Notes under the pieces: model-generated | Told to the model about the DNA's origin: nothing | Seen by the model: only the letters and a program-made list of their open reading frames with translations | Database searches by the model: none | Shown here: positions 56,382 through 64,000 of the stretch, one piece after another | How positions within the stretch are numbered: position 1 is the first letter of the stretch | How the letters are laid out: each line of letters begins with the position of its first letter | Made by a program: the position numbers and the translations under genes | From: Nitrospirota bacterium | GTDB lineage: Bacteria; Nitrospirota; Thermodesulfovibrionia; SZUA-242 | Direction: 5' to 3' | DNA length: 64,000 nt | Assembly: GCA_003235715.1 (NCBI GenBank) | Contig: QJVM01000155.1 | Coordinates: 4,577-68,576, forward strand

Positions 56382-56567
56382 TCACGCCCCTGATAAACGA
56401 ACGGAACTGACACGGTCTAAAAGAATGGTCGTCCAGCCCCCGGGAGATTCCAGATGAAGGTCCTCCTCGCCCATCTCCACAAGCCGTCCCCGATAGACCA
56501 TCCCATCGGCCGTGACCTCGACCTCTTTCCCCACCAGACGATGATAATCAAAATTTTCGATAGGCAT
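56382..56567 (-). CDS. small hypothetical protein (61 aa); weak call
   Basis: MPIENFDYHRLVGKEVEVTADGMVYRGRLVEMGEEDLHLESPGGWTTILLDRVSSVRLSGA has a beta-rich, Sm/KOW-like feel. An overlapping + strand ORF competes, so coding status is uncertain. Confidence 0.25.
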   Translation of the reverse strand: MPIENFDYHRLVGKEVEVTADGMVYRGRLVEMGEEDLHLESPGGWTTILLDRVSSVRLSGA

Positions 56568-56831
56568 GACGGTCCCTGCTTCTGGCCATTTTACCTGTCC
56601 TGCGGGCCACGTCAACTGCCCCGGCCGTCGGCGCAAGCGAAGGGGTTCCGTCGGGACAACGAATCGTCCATCAGCGGCCCCTCCGGGAAGTCTGAACGCC
56701 TGGAGGTTTCCCGCCCCAGGGGCCTTTTTCCGGCAACCCATCGAATAATGATGATGAACATCTTAGGAAATTTGTGCTAACATTTGTGGTTTATGTAGCA
56801 CAGAATTTTCAGCATCCAGGGAGTTACGCCC

Positions 56832-57122
56832 ATGCCAATCTACGAATATGTCTGCACCAAATGCCGGAAGCACACGGAGGTCATGCAGCGCATCTCGGAT
56901 GCGCCCCTCACCAAGTGTTCCTCGTGCTCCGGAAAATTGAGAAAGCTCATGTCCAGCACCTCCTTTGTCCTGAAGGGCAGCGGATGGTACAAGGACGGAT
57001 ATGCCACTCCGCAGTCTTCGGCCAAGTCCGATACCTCGACGTCATCCACCGCTCCGGAAAAGAAGGAAGGGAAGACCTCCGCCTCATCGGAAAAGAAAAA
57101 GGCTGACCCCGTTGCCGCGTAG
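56832..57122 (+). CDS. FmdB-family zinc-ribbon protein
   Basis: MPIYEYVCTKCRKHTEV...CSSCSG is the FmdB Zn-ribbon hallmark. It has a Ser/Lys-rich tail. Confidence 0.75.
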   Translation: MPIYEYVCTKCRKHTEVMQRISDAPLTKCSSCSGKLRKLMSSTSFVLKGSGWYKDGYATPQSSAKSDTSTSSTAPEKKEGKTSASSEKKKADPVAA

Positions 57123-57135
57123 CCGGGCGGTCCAT

Positions 57136-57891
57136 GTGCCGTTCCCGCGGCTGCCCGAATCCTGGGAGTGGCTTCGGGAAAGGCGTCTGGACGTGGAGAT
57201 CATGTTTTCGGCTCCCGTCCTGGACCGTCTGACGGATTCGGACCTTGACCGAACGCTGGCCACACCCGGATACACACCCCGGATTTCTGTCCATGCGCCC
57301 TTTATGGACCTTTCCCCGGCCGCCGTCGACCCGCTCGTTCGGGAAGTTACCCTCCGCCGATTCAGGCAGGTGACACGAATAGCCCGGAAGTTTCCGGTTG
57401 CCACCATAATCTTTCATTCGGGTTACGAAAAGTGGAAATATCACCTTCACCCCGAAATATGGCTGGAACGGTCGGCCGCGACCTGGCACGACGTTCTGCG
57501 CGGACTCGACGACCTGCCGACATGCATCGCCATCGAAAACATCTTTGAGGATAGGCCGGACAACCTCGTTGCCCTGGCTCAACGAATGGACCATCCGCGC
57601 TTCGGATTGTGCTTCGATTCGGGCCACTTCAATCTCTTCGCCCGTCTCGACCTTTCCGAATGGCTCCGGCAAACCTCTCCCCATATTTTTCACCTGCACC
57701 TGCACGATAACGACGGAACCGCTGACCGGCATCAACCACCGGGAGAAGGCACTTTTCCTTTCATCCGACTTTTTGAGTGGTTCGGATCCCAGTTGCCGCC
57801 GCACACACTCGAAGCTCACGACCGGGAGGGGATGCTGAAGGGCCTGGCGGCCCTGGATACCCTCTTGGGTCCGTCCGGGAAGGAAACATGA
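57136..57891 (+). CDS. xylose-isomerase-like TIM-barrel protein (sugar-phosphate isomerase/epimerase / AP-endonuclease-2 superfamily)
   Basis: Start tentatively at GTG 57136, just after the FmdB stop. It carries metal-ligand motifs typical of this fold (IIFHSGY, IAIEN, FDSGHFN, LHLHDN). Confidence 0.65.
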   Translation: MPFPRLPESWEWLRERRLDVEIMFSAPVLDRLTDSDLDRTLATPGYTPRISVHAPFMDLSPAAVDPLVREVTLRRFRQVTRIARKFPVATIIFHSGYEKWKYHLHPEIWLERSAATWHDVLRGLDDLPTCIAIENIFEDRPDNLVALAQRMDHPRFGLCFDSGHFNLFARLDLSEWLRQTSPHIFHLHLHDNDGTADRHQPPGEGTFPFIRLFEWFGSQLPPHTLEAHDREGMLKGLAALDTLLGPSGKET

Positions 57892-59279
57892 ACGAATCGC
57901 CCTTCGGCAGCGAGTACCTCATCGACTCGCACTGCCATCTTCAGATGGAGGCATTTGCCGGGGACCTCGATCAGGTCCTTGAACGGGCACGCGTCAACTC
58001 GGTCCGGTACGTGGTGGTCCCGGGGTCTGACCGGAAGGATAATGAACGGGGCCTGGTCCTTGCGGAAAGGCGCCCGGAACTCTACGTCGCCTGCGGCATT
58101 CATCCGCACGACGCCTCCGCTTTTGATCAGACTCTTGCGTCGTCTCTCGCCGAATGGCTGGAGCATCCGAAGGCCGTGGCGGTCGGGGAAACAGGGCTCG
58201 ATTATCACTATATGAACTCGCCCAAAGACGTTCAGGTCGCGGTATTTGAGCAGCATCTCGACCTTGCCGAAGAGAGGAATCTCCCGGTGGTAATTCATTC
58301 GCGGGAAGCCGGCACCGATACGCTCGATATTCTTGAGGCCAGAAGAGGTCGTCTCCACGGCGTGCTTCACTGCTTCTCCGGTGACGTGAATATGGCCCAT
58401 GCGATTCTTGACCTGGGGTATTACATCTCCATTGCAGGCCCGGTGACCTACCCCAAGGCCGTAGATTTACGCCAGGTGGTGCTGGAAACCCCCATCGAGC
58501 GACTGCTGATTGAAACCGATGCGCCATACCTGGCGCCTGTTCCCTACCGGGGCAAACGGAATGAGCCGGCTCACCTCGTGCATACGGCACTGGAAGTCAG
58601 CCGGCTGAAAGGTCTGCACCCCGAGGACGTGGCCCGAATCACGTCGCTGAATGCCCGACGGCTCTTCGGTATCAGGACCCCGGAAGAAAGTTCCCGAATC
58701 GCATACCGCATCCGCGATTCCCTGTATCTCAACCTGACCAACCGCTGCACGAACCGGTGCTGTTTCTGCGTCCGTCAGCGCGACCCCTATGTTAAGGGTC
58801 ATAATCTTTGTCTCGACCGCGAGCCTTCGGCCCTGGAGATTATCGCCGCCATTGGCGATCCTTCTCCCTACAAGGAAGTGGTGTTCTGCGGATATGGAGA
58901 ACCCCTGCTGCGCCTGGAAACCGTACGGGAAGTCGCGCAATGGCTGAAGGAACGGCACGCGAGGATTCGCGTCAACACCAACGGACAGGCATCACTGTTT
59001 CACGGGCGGGATGTGATTCCCGAACTCTCCGGGCTGGTGGACGAATATTCGGTCAGCCTGAATGCGCCTGATCGAGAAGAATACAATCGCCTTTGTTCCC
59101 CGGAGAACCCGAGCGCCTGGGACGCCATGCTGGATTTCATAAGACGGGCCCGGGAATCATCAGCAAACGTCTCCGTTACGGCCGTGGCCATACCCGGAGT
59201 GGATATGGACGCCTGCCGGGCTTTGGCCAGCGAACTGGGCGTTTCTTTCCGTCCCCGGGCCTATAACGACATCGGCTGA
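57888..59279 (+). CDS. TatD-family metal-dependent hydrolase fused to a C-terminal small radical SAM domain (TatD-associated rSAM type)
   Basis: Start at ATG 57888, overlapping the upstream stop as ATGA. The N-terminal 260 aa are TatD (LIDSHCHLQ, GIHPHDA, GETGLDYHY, VIHSRE). The C-terminal 200 aa carry CTNRCCFC (CxxxCxxC) and GYGEPLL. Confidence 0.75.
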   Translation: MNESPFGSEYLIDSHCHLQMEAFAGDLDQVLERARVNSVRYVVVPGSDRKDNERGLVLAERRPELYVACGIHPHDASAFDQTLASSLAEWLEHPKAVAVGETGLDYHYMNSPKDVQVAVFEQHLDLAEERNLPVVIHSREAGTDTLDILEARRGRLHGVLHCFSGDVNMAHAILDLGYYISIAGPVTYPKAVDLRQVVLETPIERLLIETDAPYLAPVPYRGKRNEPAHLVHTALEVSRLKGLHPEDVARITSLNARRLFGIRTPEESSRIAYRIRDSLYLNLTNRCTNRCCFCVRQRDPYVKGHNLCLDREPSALEIIAAIGDPSPYKEVVFCGYGEPLLRLETVREVAQWLKERHARIRVNTNGQASLFHGRDVIPELSGLVDEYSVSLNAPDREEYNRLCSPENPSAWDAMLDFIRRARESSANVSVTAVAIPGVDMDACRALASELGVSFRPRAYNDIG

Positions 59280-59370
59280 TTCGCCGACGCTCCCGCTGAG
59301 GGTCGCCTCTTCATATTGTCTTCAAACTCAGCTGATAACTTTTCAGTACGATAGACTGGGGACAGAGAGT

Positions 59371-59730
59371 ATGGATCTGCGCGACAAGGGATGGATCAGG
59401 GCCTGCCTTCTCATGATGGGAGGGTTTATAGGTGGATTTGGGCTCGCTCAGGCGGAAAACAGCGGGAAAATTGCCGTCAGCCTTGAGGAAAAGAGTCCTT
59501 ACGGAACCTTCACCCCGGTATCAAGCCACGTATACGGAAACCGTGAAAAGGTTCTGAAACCGATTGAGGCGCAGAAGATCCTTACAGATTATTATGTTCC
59601 TCGAGGGCTTCGGATTGGCTCTCTTTCGCAACGAGGGGATTTCTTTGAAACGGACGTATTCAGGGGGGACAAACGGGTCGACCACGTCATCATTCACCGG
59701 GTCACCGGCAGAATCCGGTCGGTTTATTGA
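59371..59730 (+). CDS. PepSY-domain small secreted protein
   Basis: 119 aa with a signal peptide/TM (IRACLLMMGGFIGGFGLAQA). The C-terminal PepSY-like block is KPIEAQKILTDYY...DKRVDHVIIHRVTGRI. Confidence 0.55.
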   Translation: MDLRDKGWIRACLLMMGGFIGGFGLAQAENSGKIAVSLEEKSPYGTFTPVSSHVYGNREKVLKPIEAQKILTDYYVPRGLRIGSLSQRGDFFETDVFRGDKRVDHVIIHRVTGRIRSVY

Positions 59731-59879
59731 GGTCCCTGGTCCAGTTTTTCCGCATCCCTACCCTTCCCGGAACCTGTGCTTGCTTTCTTCACCCTGGCGT
59801 TCACTGCCGGTGACGAAGCGGATTATACTGTCGGCCTTATAGGGCGACGCCCATGAGGCCCTAAACGGAGGAAACCTGC

Positions 59880-61229
59880 ATGCCACAAACATCTCGGGGA
59901 AACCGGCTCTTTTCAGGAACCCTGACCCTGCTTCTCCTTTTCCTTTCGGTCACTGCGGCCCGTGCCGCCTACCCGGTTCATGAAGAAGTTCTCGAGAACG
60001 GGCTTAAGATTCTCGTTCTCGAAAACCGTAAGGCACCGACCGCCACATTCCAGATCTGGTACCGGGTCGGCGGCGTGGACGACCCACTGGGCCGAAGCGG
60101 AATCAGCCATCTTCTGGAACATATGATGTTCAAAGGTACGGAGAAATTCGGTCCCAAGACCTTTTCTCAAACGATCAAACGGGCCGGCGGCGTCGACAAC
60201 GCTTTCACCTCCAAGGACTACACCGGGTATTTCCAGCTCATGTCGGCCGACCGCCTCCCCATTGCCATGGAACTGGAAGCGGATCGCATGTCGAATCTTC
60301 TCCTGCCCGAGCAGGAGGTCATGTCCGAGCGAGACGTTGTGAAGGAGGAACGCAGACTCCGCTACGAGGACGATCCGCAGAGTCTCGTTTATGAGGAGGT
60401 CATGGCCGCAGCGTTCAAGACCCATCCCTACCATCGTCCGGTAATCGGGTGGATGTCCGACCTGAACAGTATTGTCCCCTCTGACCTCGTAGAGCATTAT
60501 CATCGCTTTTACACGCCGAACAACGCCGTCGTGATGGTGGTCGGGGACGTCGATACCGCTGAAACCGTGGAGCGTATACGGTCTTGGTTCGGCCACATCC
60601 GGCCCGGGCCGCCTTTGCGAAGGTCGGATCTTGAGGAGGGGCCGCAGTACGGAGAACGAAGGGTCATGGTCCACAAGGAGGCCCAGTTGCCCTACGTGAT
60701 GATCGTATTCAAGACCCCGGCGCTTCCACACCGAGATGCCTATGCCCTGGACGTACTTGCAAGCATTCTTTCGGAAGGCCGGACGTCGCGCCTCTACAAG
60801 GCCCTGGTCCATGAACAGAAGCTCGCCCTTTCAGCGTGGGCCGCCTATGACGGTCTTGCCAACGGGCCCGGCCTTTTATATCTGGGAGGGACCGCCGCAT
60901 TGGGGAAATCCGGAGAGAACCTAGAGCAGGCCCTTCTCGCGGAAGCCGAACGAATAAAGCAAACGCCTCCAACAGAACGGGAGATCCAGAAGGCGAAGAA
61001 TCAGGTCGAAGCGGGTTTCATCATGGAGCAGGACTCCATCTACATGCAGGCCAGAACCATCGGGGGCTTCGAGATGGCCGGGGGATGGAGACAGATCGAT
61101 GATTACGTAAACGGCATACGGGCTGTGACCGCAGAAGACGTCAGCCGTGTCGCACGCGAATATCTTATGGATGACCGGAAAACAACAGGAATCCTGATAC
61201 CTGAAACAAGCCCCGGGGGGACCCTATGA
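59880..61229 (+). CDS. M16-family zinc metallopeptidase (pitrilysin-like, active subunit), secreted
   Basis: 449 aa with a signal peptide, an inverted zinc motif HLLEH (HxxEH) and the downstream Glu in ERDVVKEE. Confidence 0.85.
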   Translation: MPQTSRGNRLFSGTLTLLLLFLSVTAARAAYPVHEEVLENGLKILVLENRKAPTATFQIWYRVGGVDDPLGRSGISHLLEHMMFKGTEKFGPKTFSQTIKRAGGVDNAFTSKDYTGYFQLMSADRLPIAMELEADRMSNLLLPEQEVMSERDVVKEERRLRYEDDPQSLVYEEVMAAAFKTHPYHRPVIGWMSDLNSIVPSDLVEHYHRFYTPNNAVVMVVGDVDTAETVERIRSWFGHIRPGPPLRRSDLEEGPQYGERRVMVHKEAQLPYVMIVFKTPALPHRDAYALDVLASILSEGRTSRLYKALVHEQKLALSAWAAYDGLANGPGLLYLGGTAALGKSGENLEQALLAEAERIKQTPPTEREIQKAKNQVEAGFIMEQDSIYMQARTIGGFEMAGGWRQIDDYVNGIRAVTAEDVSRVAREYLMDDRKTTGILIPETSPGGTL

Positions 61230-62584
61230 GTTTCTTCACACCGCCTAGAAGCTTTCTTGGCCCCGCTTCCTGTTGGGTTCTGCTATCCAGTCTCCTCCTC
61301 TATCCGGCTCTTGCGGGAGCCACCCCCGCGAGACTGGCCGAGCGGGAGATTCTCTCCAACGGGATGGTGCTTCTTCACAGCGAAAAACGCACCTTGCCCA
61401 TCGTAAAGATTACCCTGGGCGTCCATGCGGGCCAGACCGAAGAGACGGAAGAGTTGGCCGGCCTCTCCAGCCTCACGGCCTCTCTCCTCAGCGAGGGCAC
61501 AAGCTCTCGCACCGCAGACGAACTCAACGAGGCCATTGAGTTTGTTGGAGGCTCCCTCTCGGCTGAAGGCGGGGGGGAATATGCGACGATCAGCCTGTCC
61601 GTGCTCAGTAAGGATCTTCCACTCGGATTCGAACTTCTCTCCGATATCCTTATGCACCCGACATTTCCCGAATCCGAGGTCGTCCGAAAGAAAGCGCAGT
61701 TCAAGAGCAGTATCGCGCGCCAGAAGGAGGATCCGGGAAGCATCGCCGGGAAGACTTTCGCCCGGGAGTTGTACGGAAACCACCCATTGGCCTGGCCGCC
61801 CGAGGGGACCGAGGAATCCCTCGACCGCATCAACCGGTCGGACATCGTCGAATTTCATGACCGGTACTACCGACCGAACCGTGCATGGATGGCCGTCGTG
61901 GGGGATGTGGACCGGGACGAGGTCGTGGCCCTGGTAGACCGTTTCATGAAGGACTGGAAGCCCGGGGAACCGGCTCAGGAGAAGCCGTACACCCTGTCCT
62001 TACCGGACGCGCGAAAAATCGTTCGGATCGACAAGAAGATCACCCAGGCCAATATTATCCTCGGACATCCGGGCATTCATCGGTCGCATCCTGATTATTA
62101 TGCGGTGCTCGTCATGAATTACATTCTCGGCGGCGGAGGGTTTGCGTCCCGGCTCATGGACACCGTACGGGACGATATGGGCCTCGCTTACGACATCCAC
62201 AGTTCCTTCGCCCCCAACAAGACGACCGGCGCCTTCGAAGTCGTGTTCCAGACCAAGAACGAATCGGCGGCCACCGCGGTGGGCCAGGTGCTGAAGGAAA
62301 TGGAACGCATACAAACCGAGCCGGTGACAGACCAGGAACTCGCTGACGCCAAGGCCTACATCACGGGGAGCCTGCCTCTGCGCATGGATTCAAACGCAAA
62401 GATGGCCGGCCTACTGGCTTCAGTGGAGTATTTTGGTCTGGGCATGAATTATCTGGAAGATTACCTAGATGCCGTAAATCGGGTGACGACGCAAGACGTG
62501 CTGCGGGTGGCCCAGGAGTACCTTCACCCTGACCGATTCATTCTCGTGGTCGTCGGGGATCAGAACGTGGTCAGCCTCGAGTGA
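61226..62584 (+). CDS. M16-family peptidase homologue lacking HxxEH (non-catalytic partner subunit), secreted
   Basis: 452 aa with an M16 fold but no HxxEH. It is overlap-coupled (4 nt) to the upstream M16 gene, a typical heterodimeric pair. Confidence 0.8.
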   Translation: MSFFTPPRSFLGPASCWVLLSSLLLYPALAGATPARLAEREILSNGMVLLHSEKRTLPIVKITLGVHAGQTEETEELAGLSSLTASLLSEGTSSRTADELNEAIEFVGGSLSAEGGGEYATISLSVLSKDLPLGFELLSDILMHPTFPESEVVRKKAQFKSSIARQKEDPGSIAGKTFARELYGNHPLAWPPEGTEESLDRINRSDIVEFHDRYYRPNRAWMAVVGDVDRDEVVALVDRFMKDWKPGEPAQEKPYTLSLPDARKIVRIDKKITQANIILGHPGIHRSHPDYYAVLVMNYILGGGGFASRLMDTVRDDMGLAYDIHSSFAPNKTTGAFEVVFQTKNESAATAVGQVLKEMERIQTEPVTDQELADAKAYITGSLPLRMDSNAKMAGLLASVEYFGLGMNYLEDYLDAVNRVTTQDVLRVAQEYLHPDRFILVVVGDQNVVSLE

Positions 62585-62661
62585 TCTCCGCGACCGCGCC
62601 AGCCGGTCACTTCAAGACACTCCCGGCACTTGCCCGCCGGAACCCCGGATGAAAAGCCGGG

Positions 62662-63816
62662 TTACGCCGGTCGGATGCCGAAGGCCGCGCATTTGACCGG
62701 GTCTGGGCCCAAGGGGTCTCCCGCCTTCTCCGCGCGGTAACGACAGCCGCCTCGGCAGTCGTCCAGGTGACAGCAACGACAAGACAGGGCGTCTGTTCCC
62801 TGTCTGGGAAGACGGGCCCACAGAGTTTCAAGTCCCTCCCGGACGTGGCCCACAGGACGGTCTGTGTAGTAACCGCATTTGCAGCCCGTCCCCTGGGCGG
62901 TAATCGTCATCAGATGACAGCCGCAGAGGCTATTGTCGCCCCCTTCATGCAGGCTGCCTCCAAAACCATAGGATAAATACCGTCCCGCCTCTTCGGCAGG
63001 AACCAGTAGACTTCGATTCCGGGAGAGCGTCCCGGCATCGGCCGGGGCATCCACGGACCATTCTTCGGCGCCGAGGTCACGGACCAGGCCAGCCAGTTCG
63101 TCAAGCTCGTCGAGATTGCCTTTATGGACCATGGTGGCCACAGACACGGCCTTCCCGGCTTCTCGGAGGTCAAGGATGGCCCTTAAGGTCTTGTCAAACG
63201 AGCCGGCACCCCGCAGGGCTTCGTGGCCCGCCTTCATTCCGTCAAGGCTCACCTGAACTTCGTGGACATTCAGCTCCCGGGCGACCGTCCTGTCTATCAG
63301 GGTCCCGTTTGAAAGAAGCACCACCCTCACCTTCGTGGCCCGGAACATCCTGTTCAGTTGATGGAATTGCGGATGCAACAGAGGCTCCCCCCCGGAAACC
63401 AGAAGCCGGAGGCCCTGCATCTGTTCAAATTGCCGGAGAACCTGCCTCACCTCCGCGGCGGTCAGGTCCACGGCACGCGCCGGTCCGAGATAGCAGTGAA
63501 GACATCTCAGGTTGCATCGATTGGTAACCTGAAGCTCAAGATATCGGAGCGAGGGGACAGGACCGGGTTTCACGGCAACCTGTCGTGGCCGGGGTTTCCG
63601 GGAACGCCTCTCGAGTATCCCTTCATCCAGGCAATATTCGATGAACTCCGGATCCTCCGCCCCGGACTCAGGAACCCCGGTCTCCGCGCAGCCGAGGAGA
63701 AACTGAAAAGCGTCCTCATCGATTTCGAAAAGGGTGTCCGTATCCGGCTGGTAGACTGCAGGAGTTTCGAGCTTCCTGAGAAGAACGCCGTCCCTCAGAG
63801 CCAGCCAGGAGAGCAT
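62662..63816 (-). CDS. radical SAM/SPASM-domain enzyme with an N-terminal PqqD-like (RRE-type) domain
   Basis: 384 aa. The N-terminal ~100 aa has a PqqD-like pattern (LRDGVLLRKLETPAVYQPDTDTLFEIDEDAFQFLLGC...EFIEYCLDEGIL). The rSAM motif is TNRCNLRCLHC, and the C-terminal SPASM Cys clusters are CGCH...CKCGYY...CRCCHLDDCRGGC...C. Its ATG lies 2 nt after the aat stop. Confidence 0.8.
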   Translation of the reverse strand: MLSWLALRDGVLLRKLETPAVYQPDTDTLFEIDEDAFQFLLGCAETGVPESGAEDPEFIEYCLDEGILERRSRKPRPRQVAVKPGPVPSLRYLELQVTNRCNLRCLHCYLGPARAVDLTAAEVRQVLRQFEQMQGLRLLVSGGEPLLHPQFHQLNRMFRATKVRVVLLSNGTLIDRTVARELNVHEVQVSLDGMKAGHEALRGAGSFDKTLRAILDLREAGKAVSVATMVHKGNLDELDELAGLVRDLGAEEWSVDAPADAGTLSRNRSLLVPAEEAGRYLSYGFGGSLHEGGDNSLCGCHLMTITAQGTGCKCGYYTDRPVGHVREGLETLWARLPRQGTDALSCRCCHLDDCRGGCRYRAEKAGDPLGPDPVKCAAFGIRPA

Positions 63817-63818
63817 CG

Positions 63819-64000
63819 CTAGAATCCTACCTGAAGCGACCAGGCCTTCCCCAGAAGCCTCAGGTACTCGGCTCGGGATATCTCCACGGCGCCCAGGGGA
63901 ATCGTCGCGCGTGTGGCCATCTGGCAGTCCAACAGGCTCATTCCTCGTTCTTTCATTCGCGCCACCAAGGCAGCCAGGCCCACTTTGGAGGCATTGGAGA
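63819..64000 (-). CDS. aat: leucyl/phenylalanyl-tRNA-protein transferase; 3' end only, the gene continues past the window edge
   Basis: The - strand translation ...SNASKVGLAALVARMKERGMSLLDCQMATRATIPLGAVEISRAEYLRLLGKAWSLQVGF* matches the conserved Aat C-terminus. Confidence 0.7.
   Translation of the reverse strand, partial: SNASKVGLAALVARMKERGMSLLDCQMATRATIPLGAVEISRAEYLRLLGKAWSLQVGF

Noticed and set aside
62585-62661. 15-aa ORF (MKSRVTPVGCRRPRI) as a possible RiPP precursor for the radical SAM/SPASM enzyme
   Set aside because: It overlaps the 3' end of the rSAM gene on the opposite strand and has no RBS. It has a single Cys and no leader/core organisation. The small hairpins here (ccggc...gccgg; cccgg...ccggg) are more simply convergent-transcription terminators.
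1-64000. Mobile elements, CRISPR arrays, rRNA/tRNA genes, prophage or defence islands
   Set aside because: No transposase, integrase, recombinase, phage or restriction/Cas-like ORFs were found. No repeat-spacer arrays, no 16S/23S-like conserved blocks and no cloverleaf candidates were seen. The window reads as chromosomal backbone.

Overview
This is a 64 kb window of GC-rich (~60-65%) bacterial chromosome that looks mostly like core/housekeeping DNA. The gene content (HrcA/CIRCE heat-shock control, an MJ0042-type zinc-ribbon protein, a WbpM/WbpL-type O-antigen module, a T2SS-like cluster) is consistent with a Deltaproteobacteria/Desulfobacterota-like genome; that placement is an inference. 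I call about 60 protein-coding genes, and I find no rRNA, tRNA, CRISPR array or obvious mobile element. Many long antisense ORFs in the six-frame track are high-GC artefacts.

Genes I am confident about:
- mlaA (5'-partial), mlaC and a cNMP-binding protein on the + strand, then recJ and secF-secD-yajC on the - strand.
- A peptidoglycan-recycling module on the - strand: HD-domain protein, NamZ (DUF1343) and a fused MurU-AmgK.
- lptF, lptG and a nitrilase-family gene.
- rho, preceded by a ~600-nt leader.
- An LPS/O-antigen and heptose cluster on the - strand: a WbpM/PglF-like dehydratase, a WecA/WbpL-like transferase, an SDR enzyme, hldE, gmhA and a GT2.
- TauE and a DsrE-like protein, then lysA-dapF-dapA.
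- xseB-ispA-dxs-tlyA, then a fold-III PLP decarboxylase and speE.
- A promoter/CIRCE element followed by hrcA-grpE-dnaK-dnaJ-rsmE.
- An FmdB zinc-ribbon protein, an AP-endonuclease-2-like TIM-barrel protein and a TatD-radical-SAM fusion.
- A PepSY protein and an M16 peptidase pair.
- A - strand operon aat (3'-partial) followed by a radical SAM/SPASM protein with a PqqD-like N-terminal domain.

The most unusual structure is a 13 kb co-directional - strand array: tatA-alr-mlaE-mlaF-mlaD(long)-gspE-gspK-gspL-gspM-gspC/PilP-like-gspD(secretin)-small membrane protein-[terminator-like hairpin]-C39-like cysteine peptidase-TPR lipoprotein. In this array an Mla-type ABC lipid transporter, whose MlaD has a ~330-aa C-terminal extension, sits directly upstream of a partial T2SS-like secretin machine that lacks gspF/G/H/I/J in the window. 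mlaA and mlaC lie 25 kb away on the other strand. I flag this as a candidate undescribed envelope system.

Other points worth a second look:
- alr has no canonical start codon between the tatA stop and its conserved N-terminal motif.
- An RRE-radical SAM/SPASM gene is coupled to aat and sits beside the M16 pair.
- The TatD-radical SAM fusion is translationally coupled to the TIM-barrel gene.
- MurU and AmgK are fused and adjacent to NamZ.
- There is a 570-bp unexplained intergenic region at 38709-39277.
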